The translations under genes were made by a program, and so were the position numbers. From contig NC_082730.1 of the NCBI RefSeq assembly GCF_030144855.1, forward strand, positions 14,632,001 through 14,696,000: a DNA stretch of 64,000 nt, written 5' to 3'. Below are positions 1 to 10,705 of this stretch, in pieces. This DNA is from Hypanus sabinus. Its lineage: Eukaryota. The notes under the pieces were generated by a model that did not search any database, was not told the origin of the DNA, and was given only the letters and a program-made list of their open reading frames with translations. The stretch's first letter is position 1. Each line of letters opens with the position of its first letter.

Positions 1-1855
1 CTGGGCCTGAAGCCATGGTGTCGTCTGTTTGCAGCTGCTGCGAATGAGGGAACAAAGCTTGTGCAATTCATCGGGGGTGGTGTAGCACAGTGTCCAGAGC
101 TGCCCTCCCAGGGTTTCGCTGGGCAAAGACAAGTTCTGATGTGGCCGTCTGCAGTTCTTCTAGCGGCACCCAATGGACTCCAGCCTCAAGCTGCAGGTCT
201 CTTGCTTTTCGGCCATCGGAGATGAGGCGTTTGAGCCACTGAGCTACTGGGGGCAGTGTAACTCAGTTGTGGTGATGGAAGATTTAAAATGGACTGATGG
301 GTCTGGACAATACACATATATTTGTCTGGTTGTGCTTTGTATATGCGAGGACTGGGTCTCAAAGCCGCGGATTCGCCTACTGGGAGTTGGGTGTAAGGAC
401 AAGTACTGTCACTGAGCAGGTGTTGTGGGCCTGTCAACAGATGATATCAGTCGGCTGGGGTGTCTGGACTTTTAAAAGACATTTAGATCGGGACATGAAT
501 ATGGAGAAAATGAAAGGATATTCACATTATGCAGGCAGAAGGGATAAGTTTAGTTGGCCATTTAATTACTAATTTAATTGGTTCAGGACAGTATCATAGG
601 CTGAAGTACTGTTCTATGTTCTATTTGATCTCCTTACAATTCCTTTTGCCCCACTAACCATCCAAATACCCCTGGGGTGAAAAGCTTTCCTCCTTCCTGT
701 CAATCACCTGGTCAATTTCACGCCATCTGCTGTTGTCTTCACCATATACCCGGCATTTGAGTCTCCATTGTCAATGAGCACTGAAAATCATCGAACTTCA
801 CGATCAATCACATACCTCAAATGTTACTATGTTGCTAGCATTTTTTTTTTAAGTGGGGCAATGAATGTTTAAGGAAAGTATTTGTCAAATTCCCTAACTG
901 AACTCTACAAACATCCCCACCTGGAATTACTTATTAAAACAATGTTTGAAGACAATAAATGCTGACACTGAGCCTCTGCAGGGAGAGCGTCCATAACAAG
1001 CTTTTTAAAAAAATGGGTAAAAGAAAATAAATAATACTGGATGCTGATGGATATAACAAATGTTCACAGTTAGAGGAAGAGACTGAGAAGGAAATGGATT
1101 CTGAGTGCAAGATTAGCCCTCAACCCACACAGAACTGAAGAACAGGACATTTCAATAACGGCAACAGCTAACAAACAGACAACTTATTTTTCACATATTA
1201 TTCTTATGCTGCTTTTAGTGAGCAAAAGGCAGCATTAAAATGATATCTAGTGAATGGAAAGGGTGCTTTTGCATTTTACAGTGCACACTTTTACAAATTA
1301 ACCGTTCCCTAGGCAGCAACATTCTGCCAGGATTACCCTCAAAACTGGTGCCAGACCAGGACTTGTACACAGCTCTCTACACTCCTCCTGCACACCCACA
1401 ACTCCCCACCCACCTCCCCAGCCAGCCCCAATGCAGGATTTACAACTCGAACACCTTTTGACTCCATAGATGCTGCTGGACCAATACTGTTCTTCCAGCA
1501 TTTTGTCTGTGGTTCCACACCCCAATACTGTTGAACATATTTATGGAGTATTTTCAGTCTTTACATATCTGCATGTACTTTGCCATCTCGACTACAGAAA
1601 CGGTGCACTAGACCCAAATTAACACTGATCATTCAAATCAACAAGTAAAAACAGCTGATGTTGGAAATCTGAGACAGAAACAGAACGTGCTGGAAATACC
1701 TCGTATGTCAGGCTGAATCTCTGGGACGTGAAACAGGGTTAAAGGATCTTGGGTCTGAAATGTTCACTGTTTCATTTCCACAGGTACAGCCTGACCTACT
1801 GATTATTTCCTGCATTTATCAGTCTCTGTAACGTCCCGCGCTGGCGGTCACTCAC

Positions 1856-1892
1856 CGGGCAGGGAACAGATGAGAAGAATCGGAATCCACAT
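1856..1892 (-). CDS. Signal-peptide (leader) exon of receptor gene G0 (MWIPILLICSLP|); rest of gene lies left of the window
   Basis: ATG TGG ATT CCG ATT CTT CTC ATC TGT TCC CTG CCC G|GTGAGT: hydrophobic 12-codon leader with a consensus phase-1 donor that would join the (G)TT TCA GGT GCA = VSGA start of the V exons in this cluster. Confidence 0.85.
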
Positions 1893-1899
1893 GTTCTGT

Positions 1900-2040
1900 T
1901 GACAGTGACCGACTGGGCAGCACTTGCCTGTCACTCAGCTCTTCGCTCTAAGAACTAAATAACAGACTAAACGAAAAGGGACATGGAAGTTGAAAGAGGA
2001 AGAAGGAGACAGCAGGAAGCTCTGTTGTGAAACCACAGTG
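1900..2040 (-). promoter_or_regulatory. Candidate proximal promoter of G0 with ETS/PU.1-like (GAGGAA, CAGGAAG) and RUNX (AACCACA) motifs
   Basis: + strand gaaagaggaagaa at ~1992-2004, gcaggaag at 2012-2019 and aaccaca at 2031-2037, just upstream of the ATG. The caggaa and aaccaca motifs recur in the same order upstream of the leader at 15980. Confidence 0.55.
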
Positions 2041-2743
2041 AGGCACTGCTGAAATTGAATGCCTTAGACTCTTTGTGATTTTTATAAATGACCTGCATGA
2101 GGAAGTGGAGGGATGGGTTAGTAAGTTCTGGATCCACAAAGCAATGAAGAATTGTAAACTGACAATGGAAGCACATCATAATGAACAGCACATCTGAATG
2201 TTAATATACTAGTGACTGGTCCAGGAGCTTCTGAGCATAAACACCAGACACCCAAAATATATATCTTTTATTGCAGAGTTCGGCAATAACCCCTGACTAT
2301 ACAAAGACAAGTATATGATTTTAACACTGTGTTAATACAGGAGATGGCCACTTAATAGCTCCCAGTCTTATCCAGAAAGCTTCATTAAGTACAATTTAAC
2401 ATCACCATTCATCTATTGTCTCACCTGGAGTGTGGAGCAGCAACACCATATATTCTGTTTGGGTAGCCTCCAACCAACGGCATGAAAATCGACTTATATT
2501 TCCCATTATAAAAATTTCCCTCTCATTCCCCTCTTCTCCATTTCCCCACATGAGATTGCCTGGACCTCTGTTGCTTGTAATAGGTATAAATGATTTGCAT
2601 TGAGATAGAGGTACTTTTGTAGAGAAAACAAAATTGTAGGAGCTGTGGATAGTGAGGAATGTGGTTGAAGCAAGATATAGATCAACACGTACAAACAGGC
2701 TGGAGGAAGTCAGCAGGTCGGGCAGCATCTGTGGAAATGAGCA

Positions 2744-2777
2744 GTCAACGTTTCAGGCCACGACCCTTCATCAGGAC
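2744..2777 (-). ncRNA. Minimal type I hammerhead-ribozyme motif within a Penelope-derived short element
   Basis: Minus strand GTC-CTGATGA-AGG GTCGTGG CCT-GAAA-CGT-T-GAC: intact CUGANGA and GAAA core, 3-bp stem II, palindromic ACGT stem III and GTC/GAC stem I. Adjacent to a Penelope-type 3' coding remnant at ~2405-2500. Confidence 0.6.
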
Positions 2778-2829
2778 CACAGCATCTGCAGTGTACTTTG
2801 TGTTTAAGATATAGATCAGCTGGGAGTTT

Positions 2830-3600
2830 GGACAGAGAAAAGACAGATAGACTTCAAATCACCCAAGCATAAGGTATTGCATTTTGGGAGGTCAAAAGCA
2901 AGACAAAATTATGTTGTTACTGGCAGGACCACTTGGAGCACTGATCTACAATGGGATCGTGACATGAAAGTCCACAGCTCCTGAAAGTAACAATGCAAGC
3001 GAACAGGGTCGTAAAGGCAGTGTATGGCAACATTGCCAACATTGAGTATGAAAGTTGGCAAGTCATGTTGCAAATGTTTAAAACTTTGACAACATTTGGA
3101 GTAATTGTGTGTAGTTTTGGTCTCTACACTATAGAAGGAATATGGAGGCTTCGGAGATGATACTGTAGAGGTTAACCATGGTTTGGCCTGGATTAGAGTG
3201 TGATAGCTATATGGAGAGTTTGGACAAAGCTGGTGTGTCAGAACCTGAGGGACGACCTATTGGAAGAGTATAAACTTATGACAGGCATAGACAGAGGAGA
3301 TAGTCATAATTCTCTAGGTAAAATTATAAAATACCAAAGGACTTGCATTCAAGGTGTGCAGTAGAAATCTTTGAAGGGGATGTGAGAGACATTTTTTTTG
3401 ATACGCAGCAAGTATAAATGGTGCCAAATGACATGGTGAAAGCAGATACAATAACAACATTTAAAATGTATTCAAACAGACACATGGACAGGTAAGAACA
3501 TGTGCAGGCAGATGGGATTAGTTAGATTGGAATAATGGTCAGCACAGACAGGGTGAGTCAAAGAGGCTTTCCCTGTGTTATACCCTGATATGATCTATAT
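2830..3600 (+). mobile_element. Degenerate CR1 LINE 3' fragment
   Basis: Recognisable CR1 RT C-terminal and 3'UTR sequence (gtattgcattttgggagg, gagagtttggacaaagctgg) with many stops. Confidence 0.75.
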
Positions 3601-4289
3601 TCTATATTCTTTGCTCCACAGAAATTGCCTGTAAAGGTGAAAGAGTTGATTTCCTATTAGCCTCATGCAGCAATCCCTCGTTATATAACAACCTCAGAAT
3701 CACAAGAATCTTTCTGGGAAAACTTTGCTGTACTCAATCGACTGTAAATGTATCCTTCCTCAGGCAGGATGAACTAGACCTATACAAAATGGTCCAGTTA
3801 CAGTCCTACCAGAGCTCTGTATAATTGGAACATGATAATCTCTCTGTTAATATTTAAATACCTAGAAGTAATTATGATTGAGGAGGGGTTGGTCAGAGAG
3901 GGGTGACAGGGTGGATATTGTGGAATTCAGAATGAGGGACAAGATCATTTTGAGATTTGTAGAGATGATCTAGCCTCCAAGAGGACCACAACCTTGTTAT
4001 GGCTTGGAGGCTTGTGTGCCTCAGTGACTTAGAGAGCCCAGTTGGCTGGATTCAAGACATTATGATTTGGCTCTTGGTAGAATCACCGACGCCAAACACA
4101 TCACAGCAAAGAAGAACCCTTCTACATCTGAGTGCAATGCCATTCCTGATACTTCACCCAGCACTAACACTAGTGAAAATTGAGAGGAAGCTACCGACAT
4201 GATAAAGGAAGCCCGGAACACCACCAGAGATAGAGGACCTTCACTGCTGCCCCAGACACAGTAGCATTATGGGCAGTCACACAGAGATG

Positions 4290-5720
4290 ATCTGGATTCA
4301 GATGCCTCTACTAGCCATTAACCTATCCAACCTTATCTTAAATATTGAAATCGAGCTTGCATGCACCACCTGTGTTGGCACCTCATTCCACATTCTCATG
4401 ATCCCCTGAGTGAAGAAGTTTCCCCCCATGTTCCCCTTCAACTTTTCACCTTCTGCCATTATCCACTGACCTCTGGTTGAAGTCCCACTCAGCGTCAGTG
4501 GAAAAAGCTTGCTTACATTTACCCTCTCTATACCCCTCATAATTTTGTGTACCTCTGTCAAATCTCCTCTCAGTCTTCTATGTTCTAAGGAATACTGTCC
4601 GAAGCTATTCAATCTTTCCATCTAACTAGGGTCCCCCAGACCTGGCATCTTCTTATAAGTTTTCTCTGCACTCTTTCAACCTTGTCTACATCTTTCCTGC
4701 AGATCGATGACCAAAATTGCACACAATACTCCAAATTTGGCCTCAACAACACCTTGTACAACTTTAACATAACATCCCATCTCTAGTATCAATACATTGG
4801 TTTATGAGAGGCAATTTTTCAAAAGCTTTCTTTACAATCCTATCTAACAGTGACACCACTTTCAACAAATTATGGATCAGTATTCCCTTTGTTCTACCAC
4901 ACTCCACAGTGCTCTATCGTTCCCTGTGTAAGACCTACCCTGGCCAGTTCTACTGAAGTGCAAATCCTCAGACTTCTCTGCATTAAATATCATCTGCCAT
5001 TTTTCCAGCTGTTGCGGATGCCTCCACCAACCATGGTCACCTTCCTCACTGCCCACTACACCCCCAGTCTCTGTGTCATCTGCAAATGTGCTGATCCAGT
5101 TAACTATGTTATCATCCAGATCATTACTACAGATGCAAGCAACATCTTGTCTGCCACAGTTAATTCTTTTAGCCATCCTGATTTCTTTCTTAAGTGTTCC
5201 TTTGTATCTCTGATCTTCCATAAGCTCCTCATTTTTTCCAACCTGCTATGCATCTCCTTTTATCTCTTAATCAGGCCACCGATATCTCCTGAAAACCAAA
5301 GTCCCCGACACTTGTTATCTTTCATTTTATTTCCTGACTAGCACATACATGCTTTGTTCTCTCAAAAAATTCATGATTGAAAGCCTCCCACTTACCAAGT
5401 ATATCCTTGCCAAAAAAGCAGCCTGTGCCAAACCACACTTGCCAGGTAATTTCAGATACAATCAAACTTGGTCTTTCTTCCAGTTAGAATATCAACCCGC
5501 GGACCTGACGACTCTTTTTGCATATTTACTTTGAAACCACTGGCATTGGGGTTAGTGTATTTGACAAACTCTATCCCATCTAATCCTATTACAATATGAA
5601 ATTCGCAGTCAATATTTGGAAAGTTAATATCACCTAGTATAACAGCCTTATATTTCTTGCAACTGTTTGAGATCTCTCGACAAATATCTTCTCTAAACCC
5701 CGAGGACTGTCAGGTGATCT
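4290..5720 (-). mobile_element. Degenerate CR1 LINE (ORF2 fragments, internally deleted)
   Basis: ORFs 4298-4621 (ERLNSFGQYSLEHRRLRGDL) and 4877-5221 (FADDTETGGVV..LEKWQMIFNAEK) are CR1 RT motifs; GDFNFPNID-like endonuclease remnant near 5600-5640. Confidence 0.85.
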
Positions 5721-8224
5721 GTAACATAGCCTCATTAATGTGGTCACACCTTTTTATTTCTCAATTCCACCCATAATGCCTCACTAGACATAGTAAAAAC
5801 AAAGTACACTGCAGATTCTGTGGTCAAATCAACATGTACAAACAAGCTGGATGAACTCAGCAGGTTAGGCAGCATCCGTTGAGATGAGCAGTCAATGTTT
5901 CGGGCTGAGACGAAGGGTTCATCTCACTGCTGAGTTCATCTCACTAGACGTGTTCTCCAGTCCATCCTGATGAAGCACTGTCGTGACACTAACCCTGACT
6001 GGGAATACTTCCAACTAAGAATGTGGCCATTGGAACAACTGATGGAATTGAACTCAGGCAGTGTGAGGTGATGCATTTTAGAAAAGTAAACAAGGGCACA
6101 ACTTAAGGACGTTGACTACACCTCACCTTGACTACCCACAGTCACAGTCAATGGTCACAGTCTTTGCCCCAGGATAAGGTAGGTGAAAACTAGAGGGCCT
6201 CAGCTTAAGGTGAGAGGGGAAAGTCTTAGTGGGACTGGAGGAGGAGTGTTTTCCACACAGAGCAGTGTACCGGTGGAAAAGGCTGCCAAAGAAAGTGCTG
6301 GAGGTGGGTATAGATACCTTATTTAAAATACAGTAGGTTAAGTTCACAGAAAGGAAAAACTTTTGAAGGATGTGGGCCAAATGCAGAGAAATGGGAGAAG
6401 CCCAGAAAGTCACTGTGATCAACATGGGCATCTTGGGCCAAGTCACCTGCTTCCATAATCAATGAATCTGCAGCATCCTCTCTAAACTGGAACACACTCT
6501 TGAAAGGTTAAATTCAGAATTCTATTTCATTGAATAAATGTGGCAGCTTATCGGATCACAGTCTATCAGTTTGCACTTCAATTTCAAACATCAAATTACA
6601 TTTATTATTAGAGTATGTTTACTCTATACAACCTTGAGATTCACCTCCTTACAAATAGCCACAAAGCAAAAAAAAACAGAACCCTGTAAGAAAAGACCAA
6701 ACGCGCAAAAAAAAAGGCAAATCATGCAAACCATAAAGTAAGCAACTTACATTCAGAACAAAATTCACAAATGTGAGTCCACAGCCATGAAGCCAGTCAT
6801 CACTGCAGCAAATTCCGGAGCCCATTAATTGCAAGGTACAGCCTCAGTTCAGCACAGAGACAAGCAAACCCTACGGAGCAGTAAGCTGAACACTGGCCCA
6901 TCATTCATCTAGGATTGAGTTTTAAAAAGCTTATTATCCTTTTCACAGCCATGAAATGCAGCAGACTTGTTCATATCTGTACATAGACTCAAATTCCCTT
7001 TCCATATCTCAAAGTGAGTGAGGTATTTCAATCAGCTATCTGAAACTCAGTTTCAGTAGTCAATAATTTACTTGGACTGTTCAAGAAATTCTAAAGCTAG
7101 TGATGACCATAAGACACAGGAGCAGAATGAAACTATTTTGCCCGTAGAGTCTGCCCCAACATTCCATCATGGCTGCGTTATTATCCCACTCAATCCCATT
7201 CTCCTGATTTCTCCCTGTAATCTTCAATGCCTTTACTAAACAAGAAAATATCAAGCTACATTTTAAATATAGCCAATGACTTGGTCTCAAAAGCTATCTA
7301 TGGAACTTCAGTTCCACAGATTCAACAACCTCTGGCTAAATAAATTCATCCTCATCTCTGTTCCAATGTCCAGGCTATACATTCTCCATGTGGAATTCCT
7401 GGGTTTTCCCTGGGTGGTTCCATTTACTCCCACAGTCCAAAGATACACTAGGTGGACGTAAATGGTCTTTGTAAATTCTTCTGTGATTAGGATATAGTTA
7501 ATCATGTTTGTCGAGGGTTGCTGGGCCTGTGTGGTTTGAAGGGCCGGAAGGACCTACGCTGCATTCTATTGGTAAATGAATAAAAGTAAGGGATGTCCCT
7601 GCATACTAAGGCTGATTTTCAGGCAAGATTTCCCTGTAAGGGAAGCTTATTTTATCATATTCCTCCAAGTACATACTCAAAAATCTTGTTCTTAATAACA
7701 GACTTCACCGTCTTCCCAACCACTGGAGTTACGCTCACAGGTATAAAATTTCCTTTCTTTTTCTTCCCTCTTTCCTTAAGAGTGGAGTAACAGTTCAAAT
7801 TTTCCACTGTTCCAGAACATTCCATTGTCCAGTTATTCTTGAAGGATAACCAATAATGCCTCCAAAATCTCTTCAACTTCGTATTTCAGAATCTTTGGAT
7901 GTAGTCTGTTTGGTCCAGATATCTACCTACAGACCCCTCAGCTTCTTAGTAATCACCATCACACTTACTCTGCCCCCGGACATTACCAAATTTCTGTCAT
8001 TCCCACCAATATTTGCAATATTTTATGTCCTCACTTTTGTTTTTATGACAGTGTCACTGTCATACAAACACCGATTCTAGCCTTTTTCAAAGCAGAAGCC
8101 AGAAGTATAATTGTACTGCTCTAAATTTGTCTAGATGTGCAAGTCCAACTATGTTTGAGATGCTCCATATCTTCCAGGAGGAAGTGCCAGACTTAACTGT
8201 TCTCTGCACTTTATTTCTACCCCA

Positions 8225-8271
8225 TGGAGGCTGCAATGTGTAGCTTCTACAAATGCAAAGATATTCCTTAC
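8225..8271 (-). pseudogene. Probable degenerate copy of the small EYSC linker exon (GKEYLC..) of G1; acceptor appears mutated
   Basis: GGT AAG GAA TAT CTT TGC resembles GGA CGT GAA TAT TCA TGT at 60022, ~70 nt after the C2 donor. The phase-1 position has TG rather than AG, and the nearest AG (8278-8277) is out of frame. Confidence 0.35.
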
Positions 8272-8345
8272 CATCACTAGAAGTATAAGAGCAGCAGTAA
8301 CAGAGAAACAAAAAAAAATGTTTCCTCCCTGAAATTGGAACTTAC

Positions 8346-8666
8346 TAGTGTCATTGATTTCTGTCACATAACTACAGATCTCTCCGTTGTTGAAGACTGT
8401 CACATTAACCATTGCACTAGATCTTGCTTCATGCTGATTCAAGGCATTGCAATAATATTGATGGCACGTGTCATTGAAGGGTTGAAAATGTAAAGCCAGT
8501 TCATTGGTATCTGAGATCTTTGGATGTCCAGAATAGGTTTTTTCATACCACGTGTACTGAATGGGAAGCAAACCGTGGAGAGACTCACAGGACACTGACA
8601 CTGAGCCCCTGAGATGTGAGACATTTGCTGGTGACAGATATCGAAGCACAGGAATAGACACGGGTT
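8346..8666 (-). CDS. Ig C2-type domain exon of G1 (EPVSIPVLRYLSP..SVSCESLHG..YTWY..QYYCNALN..CSYVTEINDT), open frame
   Basis: Acceptor ttctttcccacag|AA, donor ACT A|GTAAGT, 321 nt, phase 1-1. B-strand Cys, C-strand Trp and YYC motif present; in frame with the V exon at 9966-10316. Confidence 0.88.
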
Positions 8667-8726
8667 CTGTGGGAAAGAATTCAACATTCAGACACTGAAT
8701 GAACAACTGAAAATCAAACACTCTTC

Positions 8727-9855
8727 TGCCACTTTATCAGGTACGCCTGTTCACCTGCTTGTTAATGCAATTATCTAATTAGTTAATCATATGGCAACTA
8801 CTCAGTCCATAAAAACATTCAGAAATATTCTACAAGTACCTGGGAGTGCACCTGGATGACAGACTTGAGTGAAGTACCAACACAGAGGTTGTGTACAAGA
8901 TGGACCAGAGCTGCCTCTACTTCCTGAGGAGAATGAGGTCCTTTGGAGTATGCAGGCCTCTTCTTCAGATGTTCTACCAGACTGTTGTTGCCAGTACAAT
9001 CTTCTATGCAGTGGTGTGCTGTGGCAATGGCATCAACACAAGTGTTGTCAACAGGCTGTGGTAGAACAAAGGACCCTACAGAAAATCCAGGCAATTCTGG
9101 GCAATGTTTCTCAACCTCTGCATGCCACTTTGGCTGAGCAGAGGAGCATTTTAGTAATAGACTAAGTCAACTGTGCTGCTCCAAAGAAATCTATATGAGG
9201 TTGTCTTACCTTCAGGCATTAGGCTCTATAATGAGTCAACCTATGGCCAGGGAAGTGATGGCCCCCTCCTGGTAGACTGTTTGAGTTAACTTATTTTTTA
9301 TTCTTTCAACCTCTCCTCTAATATTTATATGTGTGAGCTTTTAATGCTACTGTGGTTCTGTAATTTATTTTCAGATTAATAAAGTAGCTATCTATCCATT
9401 TATCTATACAGGAGGTTCAGTCAGTGTTCAGGCCAAGTATCAGATGAGAAAGAAATAAGATCAAAGTGACTTTGACCATGAAATAACAGTTGGGGCTAGG
9501 TGGGGTAGTCTGAGTATTTCTGAAATCTCTTGGAATCTCCTGGGATTTTCACACACAACTGTGTCTAGAGTTTACAGAGAATGGTACTAACAACATTAAA
9601 AAAAATATCCAGTGAGCAGCAATTCTGTGAACAAAAATGCTTTGTTAAATAGAGAGGTCTGAAGAGAATAGGCAGATTGGTTCAAGCAGACAACAAGGGG
9701 ACAAGAATCAGATAACCAGGTGATATGACGGTGGTGTGCAGTATAGCATCTGAAAATACAACATATCGAACCTTGAAGTGGATGGGCCACAGAAGCAGAA
9801 GGCTCAGTGGCCACTTTATTAGGTATGGGACATAACTCATGAAGTGCCCACTGAA
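8727..9855. mobile_element. Non-autonomous Tc1-like element with a nested Rex1/Babar LINE fragment (~8830-9400, + strand)
   Basis: Terminal motifs gccactttatcaggtac and gtgcccactga. The insert encodes a LYFLRRMRSFGVCRPLLQMFYQTVVASTIFYAVVC-type Rex1 RT C-terminus. A related element lies at ~16700-17175. Confidence 0.65.
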
Positions 9856-9965
9856 TGTTTAAAGGCAGCAACTTGTGAGATACCTGTCACATGTTTGGTG
9901 GCGATCAGGAGAAAATGAAATTTTGACTGGGTTCAGTGACCTGCAGTAGAGATGGCAGCATTTAC

Positions 9966-10316
9966 CACAGATATTAATGCAGAGATAGTGAGTGATGCAC
10001 AGGGTCCGGAGATGTGCATTAAATCTTGTTTTGAGACCTGGTGTTGCAGTTCCACAGCTGTATCGTCCTATATCTCCAGAGTGAAGATTCTCCATCATAA
10101 TAGTAAATATTCCTTGTTCTGGGTTATCTGTAATTGACACTCGTCCACTCTGTCTGTGTTGCCCATTTGTTTCCACTAAAACTGAACATTGGATAGTCCA
10201 TCCATGGCACCAATACTTTGTGTGTGAGCGGTACGTTGCACCATAGTGACAATTGATTGTGATCGCTCTTCCCACAACTCCTCTTTCATATTTTGCTGCC
10301 CACGTTGCACCTGAAA
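9966..10316 (-). CDS. Ig V-set exon of G1, CD300/TREM/pIgR-like (MDIR-type); open frame, 10 residues longer than paralogues at its C-terminus
   Basis: Acceptor ccttcctcag|TT TCA GGT GCA, donor TGT G|GTAAAT, 351 nt, phase 1-1. Motifs TINCHY, TKYWC, C' Cys (WTIQC), GRVSITDN, FTIMMENL, DIGRYSCG; the extra C-C' Cys pair is typical of CD300/pIgR/TREM V domains. Confidence 0.9.
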
Positions 10317-10479
10317 CTGAGGAAGGTATTTCAGATTTCTGGGGAAGGAACAACTCAATGCAAACAAATAGTTCTGAATATGACGATGAAAGCAGGACCA
10401 GGTCACATCCAGTATGCATGTGGTCCATGACACCACAGCCAATGATTTTGGTCTGAAGTGCAGTCAGTGCTGTTACTGT

Positions 10480-10600
10480 GTCATTGCTCTCTCCCCTGTG
10501 TCAGAACATTGTGGGTTCACTTCCCACTCCAGAGTCCTGAGCAGCGACCCAGGGCTGACCTTCCAGTACGGTACCGAGGGAGAGCGGAGCAGTGTTGAAT
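10480..10600 (+). mobile_element. Degenerate HE1-type shark/ray SINE 5' part; paralogous copy at ~40190-40310
   Basis: gtgggttcacttcccactccagagtcctgagc..ggctgacc..cagt..gtac(c/t)gaggg matches the HE1 SINE pattern as I recall it. Confidence 0.6.
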
Positions 10601-10668
10601 TTACAGTTATGTAATTACCTCAGATTATGTCAGCCTTTGAAACGTGCAGAAAGTCCCTAGCTAATTCA

Positions 10669-10673
10669 TGTGT

Positions 10674-10705
<32 letters not shown>
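10669..10705 (+). repeat. (TG)n microsatellite
   Basis: Direct reading of a TG run with one interruption. Confidence 0.9.

Noticed and set aside
8087-8200. KIWSISNIVGLAHLDKFRAVQLYFWLLL as the G1 TM exon
   Set aside because: Contains several charged residues and has only trivial similarity to the true TM exons.
10311-10338. Alternative V-exon acceptors (ccccag| at 10338; tttcag|GT at 10310)
   Set aside because: The first is phase 0. The second AG is absent in G2 (CCGGGT), whereas cag|TT is conserved in all three V exons and yields LP-VSGA.
10317-10428. N-terminal part of ORF 9859-10428 (MDHMHTGC..) as a signal peptide or start of G1
   Set aside because: Lies upstream of the conserved acceptor; the paralogous sequence at 40039-40150 has stops in this frame, so it is intron.
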